From a virus, in the IMG/VR virus record IMGVR_UViG_3300027816_000069, positions 1 to 64,000 of that record: a DNA stretch of 64,000 bases, one strand, 5' to 3'. This document shows, one piece after another, positions 48,684-57,071 of this stretch. The position numbers were made by a program, and so were the translations under genes. The notes below the pieces were generated by a model. The model saw only the letters and a list, made by a program, of their open reading frames with translations, did not search any database and was not told the origin of the DNA. Position 1 is the first letter of the stretch, and the number at the start of each line of letters is the position of its first letter.

Positions 48684-48766
48684 CGGCTGCGATCAGCGGC
48701 ATCGAACACAGGAGCGACCATGACGAAAGAGGTAGATGAGATGTCCGCTGCATCGCGTGGTTCTGC
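48678..48766 (-). repeat. attC site C (89 bp)
   Basis: Same arms as B with a longer central loop containing AGGAG...ATG. Confidence 0.8.
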
Positions 48767-49019
48767 GGTGATGGCCTACGCCGTGATTGACGACGAGGGC
48801 GTGCAGCACTCGCTGTGGTTTCTGGAAAAGGACGCGACGAGCGAGGCCGCGATGGTCGGTGGGACTGTGGTGCGGCTTGGCCACCCCACGCTCACCGACG
48901 AGGAGCGGGAGGCGTTGGAGTACGGCATTAGGCAAGCCGACGAATACGACAGAGTAGGGCTTGAAGACGCAAAGCGCGCCGCAATTGTGTTTCGCGGCCT
49001 GCTGGAACGACTAGGCTGA
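48720..49019 (+). CDS. cassette 3 protein (LTDEEREA family)
   Basis: Starts in attC C loop, stop in TGAGAAC. Confidence 0.7.
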   Translation: MTKEVDEMSAASRGSAVMAYAVIDDEGVQHSLWFLEKDATSEAAMVGGTVVRLGHPTLTDEEREALEYGIRQADEYDRVGLEDAKRAAIVFRGLLERLG

Positions 49020-49066
49020 GAACGCTTGCGATCTGCGGCGCAGTCCGCAGCATCGCGTGGTTCTCA
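49017..49066 (-). repeat. attC site D (50 bp)
   Basis: Compensatory change CTGCGG/CCGCAG versus CAGCGG/CCGCTG in B and C. Confidence 0.8.
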
Positions 49067-49083
49067 CAGGCATGGAGACAGAC

Positions 49084-49311
49084 ATGAGGCCGACACCAAT
49101 CGGACGGTTTGCTGACACGCCCTCATACGAGGAGTTGCAGCGAGAGGTTGCCCGCCTGCGGCTCACCGACGAGGAGCGGGAGGCGATTGAGCGGCTGTGC
49201 GAGGCCGCCAATGACATAATCTACGATGACAGGACGGCCGGTGGAAGCCACTGGCAAGAGGACGAGGCGGCGGTTGCTGTGGCTCGCGGCCTGCTGGAGC
49301 GGACGAAGTGA
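49084..49311 (+). CDS. cassette 4 protein (LTDEEREA family)
   Basis: GGAG RBS; stop in GTGAGAAC. Confidence 0.7.
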   Translation: MRPTPIGRFADTPSYEELQREVARLRLTDEEREAIERLCEAANDIIYDDRTAGGSHWQEDEAAVAVARGLLERTK

Positions 49312-49416
49312 GAACTCTTCTTCACGGATGCAACTTGGTGGGACAAGTATCTATTATAGGCAACTAGCCTTTCTTATTCCTTTCTTATACGTTCGAATCG
49401 TATCATCCGTGCTGTT

Positions 49417-49908
49417 ATGAATATACTACATCAGAAACTAGAAGATCATCGAGTTACTCCAGACGGCCAATATATTAAGGGTTGTAGCCATACTACAAAA
49501 GTGCTAAATCATAAGCACAGAAATTCTATAATCATAAAGGCCATTTGTGATTTGCGTAAGATAACTGATGAGTTTGATAGTATAGCCTGCTGTGGTATTA
49601 GTGGTTTGATGGTTGTTCCACAAATTGCTGAACTGCTGAATAAACATATTATTGTTATTCGTAAGAAAAACGAGGAATGTTATTCAAATTTTTTTATGGA
49701 AGGTGTTACTCCTTGGAGGTACATAATAATTGACGACCTTATTTGTTCTGGCAATACTTTTAGGCATATCACAAGCACTATCTCAAATGACTACCGCAAG
49801 GCTCAGTGTGTAGGACTCTATTGCTATATGCCAGAAGAATGTTCATATAATAAAGATAATATTAAAGAATTTGAACGAAGATTCCGTACTCAACTATTAA
49901 ACGTCTAA
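49417..49908 (+). CDS. type I phosphoribosyltransferase-like protein
   Basis: PRPP-binding loop YIIIDDLICSGNT. Confidence 0.75.
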   Translation: MNILHQKLEDHRVTPDGQYIKGCSHTTKVLNHKHRNSIIIKAICDLRKITDEFDSIACCGISGLMVVPQIAELLNKHIIVIRKKNEECYSNFFMEGVTPWRYIIIDDLICSGNTFRHITSTISNDYRKAQCVGLYCYMPEECSYNKDNIKEFERRFRTQLLNV

Positions 49909-49925
49909 AAGGGGGTCCGCATATC

Positions 49926-49969
49926 CTGCCAAAACGGCAGGGCGGCCGGCCGATCTGCCAAAATGGCAG
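49926..49969. repeat. 44-bp double-palindrome element 9
   Basis: CTGCCAAAACGGCAG-N14-CTGCCAAAATGGCAG. Confidence 0.95.
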
Positions 49970-50063
49970 AAAAAATTTCCTCAATTCTGGCTGTTGACAA
50001 GACGATATCATAGTGTAGAATCAGTGCATCGGAACGAAGAACGCTATCACGAAAGGGTTGACA

Positions 50064-51011
50064 ATGCCTGCTGCTGTTGAAAAGATGATGTTTGTTGGTG
50101 CTACGCCTTGGCACGGTCTGGGCAATCAGTTGGATGAGGCTCCGTCGATTGGCGAGGCGATTACCGCTGCTGGTTTGGATTGGGAAGTTGGATTGAAGGA
50201 CTTGCAGACTGTGGACGGTGTGCCGGTGTCGCATCGTGCAACGTACCGCAAGACTGATGGTAGCATCCTTGGAGTTGTGGGTCCGCGATATACTCCGCTC
50301 CAGAATCAGGATGCGTTTGATTGGTTCCAGCCTTTTCTGGATGCTGGCGAGTGCAATCTGCATACCGCCGGTTCGCTCCATAGTGGTCAAAAGGTTTGGG
50401 TGCTTGCTCAACTCAACCGCGACAATAGCGAAATTGTCAAGGGTGATGAGGTCTGCAAGTTTATTCTGCTGAGTAATAGTCACGATGGAACAACGGCTAT
50501 TCGTGTCGGATATACCCCGATCCGCGTGGTCTGCGTGAATACGCTGGCTGCTGCTCATCACAACAAGGCTAGCAAACTGATTCGGATTCGTCACACTCGC
50601 TCCAGCAAAAATAATCTGGATAATGTGCGTGATATTATGGACAATATCAACGCTGAGTTTGAGGCTACTGCCGATCAGTTCCGGTTTCTTGCTAGCAAGA
50701 GTTTCAACCAGAATGATGTTCGTCGATATGTCAAGACGGTGCTGGGCATCGAAGGTACGCCGGATGGCGATATCAAGACTCGCACCCGGAATATCATGGA
50801 CGAAATTCTTGCACTAATCGAAGGTCCGAAGCAGAGTGCTGCTGGGGTTCGTGGAACTTACTGGGCCGCTTATAACGGTTACAATGAGTACCTGAATTAT
50901 AACAAGGGTCGCACGACCGATAATCGGCTCGACTCTCTCTGGTTCGGTCAAAATGCTAATGATAATCTCAAGGCACTGAATGTGGCTATGGAGTTTGCTA
51001 ACGCGGTCTGA
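50064..51011 (+). CDS. DUF932/TIGR03299-family phage-plasmid protein
   Basis: TPWHGLG, AGLDWEV, TAGSL, NSHDG, TPIRVVCVNTL, GTYWAAYN motifs. Confidence 0.85.
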   Translation: MPAAVEKMMFVGATPWHGLGNQLDEAPSIGEAITAAGLDWEVGLKDLQTVDGVPVSHRATYRKTDGSILGVVGPRYTPLQNQDAFDWFQPFLDAGECNLHTAGSLHSGQKVWVLAQLNRDNSEIVKGDEVCKFILLSNSHDGTTAIRVGYTPIRVVCVNTLAAAHHNKASKLIRIRHTRSSKNNLDNVRDIMDNINAEFEATADQFRFLASKSFNQNDVRRYVKTVLGIEGTPDGDIKTRTRNIMDEILALIEGPKQSAAGVRGTYWAAYNGYNEYLNYNKGRTTDNRLDSLWFGQNANDNLKALNVAMEFANAV

Positions 51012-51036
51012 TTCTTCCTTTCGTGGCGTGATCGAA

Positions 51037-51069
51037 GCCGCCGTAGGGGCAACCCTGCGGCGGTTTTTT
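51037..51069 (+). terminator. intrinsic terminator
   Basis: GCCGCCGTAGGG-GCAA-CCCTGCGGCGG followed by T7. Confidence 0.85.
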
Positions 51070-51078
51070 GTCAATAGG

Positions 51079-51122
51079 CTGCCAAAATGGCAGGGCGGCC
51101 GGCCGGAATGCCAAAATGGCAG
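51079..51122. repeat. 44-bp double-palindrome element 10
   Basis: CTGCCAAAATGGCAG-N14-ATGCCAAAATGGCAG. Confidence 0.92.
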
Positions 51123-51272
51123 TCGATAGAGCATAAGATAGTATCATATTGCCTACTATTGTGGCACACCCCCATGAGCCGATATAATGGGTACGATGGT
51201 GATGGATAGGGTGGATGGGAGGAATATGTAGGATAATATAAATATTAAACCTTATAGAGAATACAGTAAAAC

Positions 51273-51319
51273 TGTCTCACCTTATCTAGCCGATTTGCTG
51301 CCGTTGCTGGTAGTCAGCG
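51273..51319 (+). repeat. 47-bp motif copy 3
   Basis: Gapless match. Confidence 0.75.
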
Positions 51320-51411
51320 GAAAAGTGGTGGTCTTTACTATAGAGATTGACTGTGATAGTCAGGTGTGATATACTGCAAGGTGCGTCTTGTTATGCAGGA
51401 AAGGAAAGAAT

Positions 51412-51582
51412 ATGAAACTGGTCAAAGTATCTATTGAATTGGCAATTACTGATGATGTTTTTACTCCTAGGTTTGATAATGAGAAGATTGCTGATTATCT
51501 GAATAATAAATTGTATAATGAACCTGAATTCTTTGGGGGATTTGAGCCAGAAAACATTGTGGAAGTGAGGGAACTCCAATGA
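51412..51582 (+). CDS. hypothetical protein
   Basis: AAGGA RBS; promoter ~51347. Confidence 0.6.
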   Translation: MKLVKVSIELAITDDVFTPRFDNEKIADYLNNKLYNEPEFFGGFEPENIVEVRELQ

Positions 51583-51776
51583 TTACTGTTACTGATAAAA
51601 ATCGTGAAGATATTATTCGATCATATGCCCATAGACTATTAGATGATATGGATTGGGACTCTTTATACTCTTTTGCTTATGAGCAATTGGTTGAGAGTAA
51701 AAGTCTTATGGATAATATTCCTTTGGAAGATGAGATTAAAGATTACTATCCTGAATTGTTGGAGGAGATTAAATGA
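51579..51776 (+). CDS. acidic hypothetical protein
   Basis: ATGA coupling. Confidence 0.65.
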   Translation: MITVTDKNREDIIRSYAHRLLDDMDWDSLYSFAYEQLVESKSLMDNIPLEDEIKDYYPELLEEIK

Positions 51777-51964
51777 GATATATTGGGTGGCTAGGATGTT
51801 TGGGTTTTGCTCTAGTAGGATTATATCAACAGAGTGTTATAAACTCTATGGAACATAATACTGTGATTAGTGCTAAATTAAATGAACCCATTATACTCCA
51901 AGAGGGCGAGAAACTTATTAGGGTCAAAGCATCTACTGATACTAAAAAAGAAATAGTTAAGTAA
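51773..51964 (+). CDS. membrane-anchored hypothetical protein
   Basis: GGAGG RBS, ATGA coupling. Confidence 0.6.
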   Translation: MRYIGWLGCLGFALVGLYQQSVINSMEHNTVISAKLNEPIILQEGEKLIRVKASTDTKKEIVK

Positions 51965-52453
51965 ATCTGATCATTTTGTATAAACTGGAGCGTATAGTAA
52001 AAACCTTGAGTCTGCCGATACCTGTGGTATGATGAGAGCAGTCACCACCACAGTTTATCTTATCTTGTGGCCGTTTTTTGTCAAGTTTCACAACAGGAGA
52101 ATTTTCTTAATGGCAATATTAATTGTTTGTGGATTCATTGTGGGAGTTATTCAAAGTGTGGATGACTAAGTAGTATATATTGTATTTATACTCTTATATA
52201 TATATATAACTGACCGGCCTGCATAATATATAATACCTATTCGGTGGTTTGTCAAGTGGTAAATTTTTTATCTTAACTAAAGGAGTAAGTTGATGAGATA
52301 TTTAGTAGCACTGATACTAGTGTTTGGAATGGCTCAGTTTAGTTTCGGTGGTAACTGTGCCAATGGGATTTGTAAAAAGCCTTCTGTGGTCAAACCTGTG
52401 CGTCCCAAGACCATAGTCAGACCATTCTCAGGAGTCAGGAAGTAACAATTCAG

Positions 52454-52492
52454 AAGGGTGGTGGATGAAAGTCTGCCACCCTTTTGTTTTTT
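52454..52492 (+). terminator. intrinsic terminator
   Basis: AAGGGTGGTGGAT-GAAA-GTCTGCCACCCTT plus T-tract. Confidence 0.8.
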
Positions 52493-52531
52493 CTAAACTA
52501 TCCCGTTTGCCCAAGGTGACCGTAGTTAGCG
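52485..52531 (+). repeat. 47-bp motif copy 4
   Basis: Gapless match ending GTAGTTAGCG. Confidence 0.65.
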
Positions 52532-52623
52532 ACATTAAGAAAAATATTTTTTGGTCTGATGGTGGTATCACCTAGTATATGTTGTACTGAGCAGAGTACA
52601 AAAATTTTAGTAAATAATGAGAC

Positions 52624-52670
52624 TGTCTCGCCCAATCTTTGCCATTTGGTTTTGTTGGTTGTAGTCAGCG
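52624..52670 (+). repeat. 47-bp motif copy 5
   Basis: Gapless match. Confidence 0.75.
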
Positions 52671-52677
52671 AAAAATT

Positions 52678-52866
52678 ATGATCTATTGTAAAATTAATCA
52701 GGAGGATATTAATAATAATAACTACTGGAATAAATTAGTAAATAGTCTACGGGCGAAATTATCTCAACAAAAAGATTTAACTAATAAAATTATAGTTATT
52801 AGGCTGCAAGAAATAAACAGAGACGACGATGCTATGATTCCTAAGTTGGAATTCAAAAATTCATAA
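52678..52866 (+). CDS. hypothetical protein
   Basis: ATG 52678. Confidence 0.5.
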   Translation: MIYCKINQEDINNNNYWNKLVNSLRAKLSQQKDLTNKIIVIRLQEINRDDDAMIPKLEFKNS

Positions 52867-52915
52867 GTTGTAATTATCTTTAATATCTCATATTATATAT
52901 TATAATGATGGGATT

Positions 52916-52962
52916 TGTCTGACCCGATCCTGTCTGTTTGTTCAGGATGTTCACAGTCAGTC
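52916..52962 (+). repeat. 47-bp motif copy 6
   Basis: Gapless, more divergent 3' end ACAGTCAGTC. Confidence 0.6.
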
Positions 52963-52977
52963 AAAAAGATACTTCTT

Positions 52978-53571
52978 ATGCCACCTCTCATAACTTTAGA
53001 TAATAAATTATTAGTCAAAGATAATAAATTAGCCAACAGTTTAGATTGTTGTTGTGGTTGTGATGGACCAGTAAGATTATATCAGTGTGGGGGATTATAT
53101 TATTTAGGAAGTAGTCAGGGTAGATTAGGCACCTATGTTTCAATGGAACTAGTGGCCTATGATTGTAATGATAAAAGAGTTTTTTCTTGGAAAAAATGTA
53201 ATAATGATGTTCCTGGGGGTGGGATTGAAGCGGGTTCAACACGTTATCAGAATTACCCAGCAGGACCAGGATGTGGATTTATTCTCAAAGGAACTTTTAG
53301 TCAAAAAGAAAATTCTCCACCTATTACTGTTTATTATGGTGGTCAATATGGACAAGGTAATACAACAGGAGCAAATGGTCCCTTTCCAGGAAATATTGGT
53401 TGGCATATGATCAGAACAGTTACATGGGCTGATCTTAACTTTAATGGAGTAGATTTTTGTAGTGTTAATAATCCTCCCATCTGTCCCAACACTGGTTTAC
53501 CTTTCGTTAGTTTTAAAACCGACTGTGTAGTGGATTGGTGTTCTGAAGCACTAAAACCCCCAAAACCATAA
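52978..53571 (+). CDS. Cys/Gly-rich hypothetical protein
   Basis: MPPLITLDNKLLVKDNKLANSLDCCCGC. Confidence 0.65.
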   Translation: MPPLITLDNKLLVKDNKLANSLDCCCGCDGPVRLYQCGGLYYLGSSQGRLGTYVSMELVAYDCNDKRVFSWKKCNNDVPGGGIEAGSTRYQNYPAGPGCGFILKGTFSQKENSPPITVYYGGQYGQGNTTGANGPFPGNIGWHMIRTVTWADLNFNGVDFCSVNNPPICPNTGLPFVSFKTDCVVDWCSEALKPPKP

Positions 53572-53844
53572 TTATGTTATTAGTAATTTTATTGGGTCAA
53601 TATGCCAACAAAATAAATAAGCCACTTTTCCCACCATTAGTAACTGATCCCACAAGTCGATCAATAATAATTATAGCAGGATTAATAATCTCACTCATAG
53701 TTTTATACAAAATCTTAAGAAAATTCAATGAACCATGATGATTCTTTGTTGTTGTGTTTGGCCCTTTATGCTATCATTTTCGCTTTTGTGGAATATGATT
53801 TATATAACTATTAACTTTCCCCTGCATAATTAAGAGAAATAGAA

Positions 53845-54033
53845 ATGAACGAATTTCATAAGCCTTTTATCAAAAGTCTAGTAACAATTGCTGCTGTGGC
53901 ACTAGTTTCATGGTATTTTAGTGGCTATTTTGTTCAAAAATTCTATTTTCACTACTATAAAACCCCCTCTTTTACATCTTCTGAATTTCCAAAATCACAT
54001 AATATAACCTCTGAAGCAGCATATAACGAATAA
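53845..54033 (+). CDS. small membrane protein
   Basis: Hydrophobic segment. Confidence 0.5.
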   Translation: MNEFHKPFIKSLVTIAAVALVSWYFSGYFVQKFYFHYYKTPSFTSSEFPKSHNITSEAAYNE

Positions 54034-54416
54034 TTCACGGTAATATCAAGATATTTTTACTTATTGAATATACCGGTGGTAAAAAGTGGGGAAAATTAGC
54101 CATAAAGTCTGAATCTTTACCCCTCCCCTTGACGATACTCTTTCTTGTGGTATACTGGATCATGGTAGTAGGAGGAAGAAGTTTAATAATATGCGGGGAA
54201 AATGAGATTTTATGTATAAGAATGTGTTGCTAACTGATAGAGAAATTGCTCTACTCAAAAGGGTTGTTGGTGATTATCTTCATAAAAAATTAACTCCAGA
54301 ACGTCAAAATTTGACCATTATTCTGAATCGTCTCAGGGGTATTAAACCCACCAAAACTTATAATCAAACTATCAATTAGTGGAAATGAACCCACAAATCA
54401 AAAGAAATCAAATCTA

Positions 54417-54605
54417 ATGAATATTAATCTAAATAAGCATGAAGTTGGCCTAATTCTTGACTCTCTTGAAAGTTATCAACTTAATATTGAGCATGGGAAT
54501 GAGAATGGCCATGAATATGTTTGGACTGAAGATGAAGTGGGGAATTTGGTCGATTATTTGAATGATACTCTGGAGAAAACAAATGAACAGAATAAAAATG
54601 ATTAA
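54417..54605 (+). CDS. hypothetical protein
   Basis: ORF in tandem small-gene array. Confidence 0.6.
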   Translation: MNINLNKHEVGLILDSLESYQLNIEHGNENGHEYVWTEDEVGNLVDYLNDTLEKTNEQNKND

Positions 54606-54825
54606 ATGGAAACGTATTTGTGAATCCCGTTGTGCGATAGATTCTTGTTATGATTGGATTAACAACAATCTAACGGACAATAAACTTATTAAGGTTATTT
54701 CGGGCTTAGGTTGTAAAGAAGATGCAGAAGAAATAAGAAAGCACACCATCAGATACAATCATCAAAAACTAAAAGAACTGATGCGTCGTGGATTGAAAAG
54801 AAATTATTGTTAAAAACTATCATTT

Positions 54826-54945
54826 ATGCACGTTAGCATTTATAATGACCGAAATTATACTTGTGTGGGATATACTTGTAGTAGGGAAGAACTTAGGGGT
54901 TTAGCCGATTTTATCAATAACTGTCTAGAGAAAAATAATGAGTAA
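54826..54945 (+). CDS. truncated paralog of the 57518 protein
   Basis: MHVSIYNDRNYTCVGYTCSREELRGLADFINNCLEKN versus VVSIYNDRNDNCVTYICNKKELKGLADFINNYLEKN. Confidence 0.5.
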   Translation: MHVSIYNDRNYTCVGYTCSREELRGLADFINNCLEKNNE

Positions 54946-55228
54946 TGATAAAACTATCAAAATCAGTAAAAATGCGATGGAAGAAGATATTACAATTATT
55001 CTGCCCGATAAAAGTGAAATCATTATACAATATCGTTGTTATGATGATGATGAAAACGAGGCAACTCTAGATATTTGTTTTGAAAATCATATGAATATCG
55101 TTAATTGGGAGGATGACGATATGACTCCAGCAAAAGCATCTAAAGATATTCCAGAATTAATGCAAAATGTTAAACAATTAAGTATAACAAAATCTCAGAA
55201 TAGTTTATGGGAGAAAAATAATGAATAA
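54938..55228 (+). CDS. acidic hypothetical protein
   Basis: Overlapping start/stop with neighbours. Confidence 0.6.
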   Translation: MSNDKTIKISKNAMEEDITIILPDKSEIIIQYRCYDDDENEATLDICFENHMNIVNWEDDDMTPAKASKDIPELMQNVKQLSITKSQNSLWEKNNE

Positions 55229-55448
55229 ATTAGTATTGTATTTTGATCCTATTGATATTGCTAATCTTGGGTTCAATTTTACACCATTTCCAGAATGTTT
55301 AATCTTTAACAATTGGGCTGATGCTGCTGATTGGTTTAAGCGTCATGATTTTATTTATAAAGAAGATTTTAAGTTGACAATTTTTACTATTGAAAGATTT
55401 GGAAAAACTCTTAATGGTAAATATATGTGGGGAAAGGCTTTTATATGA
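55221..55448 (+). CDS. hypothetical protein
   Basis: GGGAG RBS. Confidence 0.6.
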   Translation: MNKLVLYFDPIDIANLGFNFTPFPECLIFNNWADAADWFKRHDFIYKEDFKLTIFTIERFGKTLNGKYMWGKAFI

Positions 55449-55648
55449 AAGTTTATGCTATAGTTTGTGAATATGGTGCTGCTAGTATTTATGAAGGAAT
55501 TGAAATGATTTGTAAAACCAAAGAGATTGCAGAGTCTTACTATAATAATTACGATTTTACTGGGCGACCATACTATATTGAAGAAATGGAAATTGTTAAT
55601 AAAATGTGGGAAAAGCCTAAGCCTAAGAAGAAAAAGGTTAAGAAATGA
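55445..55648 (+). CDS. hypothetical protein
   Basis: ATGA coupling, MKVYAIV. Confidence 0.6.
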   Translation: MKVYAIVCEYGAASIYEGIEMICKTKEIAESYYNNYDFTGRPYYIEEMEIVNKMWEKPKPKKKKVKK

Positions 55649-55771
55649 TAACTATTCCACGCTGGGAATATTATCTACTTTATTTTATTGCGATTATGCA
55701 ATGTCTATTATTTATAGATAGAATATTTGGAACATAAAATGTGGCATTATAATTTAATTCAAGAAATCATA

Positions 55772-56020
55772 ATGAACAATAAGTGGATAGAGGAAAATGG
55801 AGATAATTGGGCGGCTGGGCGAGTAGAGTGTGGTTATTCTGAAAGAGAATATTGGCTAACAAAAACAGAATATTGGCTAATAATAGATAAAAAAGATTGG
55901 AATAAGTTTGATGATTATCTTATAGGCTTAAATACAGACTCTTTACAAAGTTTAGATCAACTGATACAATCCAGTAGGTTGCCAATAATTCAATTTGGAA
56001 TAAAAGGAGAAAAGAAATGA
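55772..56020 (+). CDS. hypothetical protein
   Basis: MNNKWIEENGDNW. Confidence 0.55.
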   Translation: MNNKWIEENGDNWAAGRVECGYSEREYWLTKTEYWLIIDKKDWNKFDDYLIGLNTDSLQSLDQLIQSSRLPIIQFGIKGEKK

Positions 56021-56097
56021 ACAAAAACGAAATCACCATCCAGAGTGACTCGTTTGATCTGTGCGACTGATGAGCAAAAGACTTTGGAGCATAAATA

Positions 56098-56334
56098 ATG
56101 ATACTAGACGTTAATATCTCTGACCATTATAATTATGAACTATTTGATGCAAATGGTAACAGATTAGATTATGTTGTTAGGGCGGATACGGAAACTGGTC
56201 AAATAGAAAGATATGTATTAGATGAGTCTGGTAAACCACCTCGCACTATAGAGGAAAAACTTCTAACAGAAATAGTATTTGTTCCTTATCCTTTAAAGAC
56301 TATTAAACGTGATAACTATTTGGAGAATAACTAA
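56098..56334 (+). CDS. hypothetical protein
   Basis: GGAG RBS. Confidence 0.6.
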   Translation: MILDVNISDHYNYELFDANGNRLDYVVRADTETGQIERYVLDESGKPPRTIEEKLLTEIVFVPYPLKTIKRDNYLENN

Positions 56335-56783
56335 TGAAGTGGAATTTCCAAATTGTCAAGGCCCAACATTATCGTGAGATAGGTAATATTCCCGGTGTTG
56401 AACACGTCAGAAATAATTATAGAAAGAATGGGTGGAGATAATGAATAAATATGAAGAAGTCTTGAAAAGACTAAATAACTCAGTATACCTTACCGATATA
56501 ATCAACTCTATGAGTCTTGCTCGTAAGTGGTATGATAGTGGCGAAATTAGTTATGATGATTTTGCTAATCTACAAAATATTGGCGAAACAATGAAAAATA
56601 AGTGGCCTAACTAATGGACGATTTTTTTGTAACAGTTGGGTGTTTTATAGTAGAATGAATGTGATTGTAAATAGTGGGCTAGACATAGCAAATAAAATTA
56701 AAGAGGCCGCTGGTATTGATGTTGATTTATCAGAGTGGAAACTTAGGTATGGAGAAAAGAAATGAACAAAAACGAAATCACTG

Positions 56784-57071
56784 ATGATAAAAAGGCTTCT
56801 TTGGAGTATAAATGTTAGATCAATGACTAATAAAATGTTTACTTATTCAAGTGATAATATCATAGAGATACAATCTTTGCCTGTTTTAAATCAACAAATC
56901 AAAACAGATGTAGAAAATCTCAAAAAACTTATAGAAGAAGGCGAAAAGGCTAAAAGAAAATTAGAAGTTTTGCAAAATGCCTGTAAGCATGAATATTTTT
57001 ATGACGAATCAGGATATCCCTATTATTATAGATATTGTTTAAGTTGTGGCAAATTTATGTATGCTATATAA
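56784..57071 (+). CDS. coiled-coil/Zn-ribbon-like hypothetical protein
   Basis: CKHE...CLSCG; start uncertain. Confidence 0.55.
   Translation: MIKRLLWSINVRSMTNKMFTYSSDNIIEIQSLPVLNQQIKTDVENLKKLIEEGEKAKRKLEVLQNACKHEYFYDESGYPYYYRYCLSCGKFMYAI

Larger units (their letters stand above)
48041..49315 (-). mobile_element. integron-type gene cassette array (4 cassettes, no integrase in window)
   Basis: GC-rich island with four attC-like hairpins and complementary cassette ends. Confidence 0.8.

Noticed and set aside
48449-48739. 96-aa Cys/Arg-rich ORF from the track
   Set aside because: It crosses two attC sites and lacks an RBS; the 55-aa ORF 48516-48683 fits the cassette exactly.
37945-51122. 44-bp repeats as a CRISPR array
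   Set aside because: Copies are 0.7-3.5 kb apart with genes between them, the 14-nt spacers are similar to each other, and no cas genes are visible.
49905-51134. Minus-strand ORFs of 229 and 106 aa
   Set aside because: Antisense to the DUF932 gene and running through repeat elements.
56020-56085. Hammerhead ribozyme (GAAA...CTGATGA)
   Set aside because: The UH cleavage site is one base short and stem II is only 1 bp; better explained as a duplicated gene start shared with ~56751.
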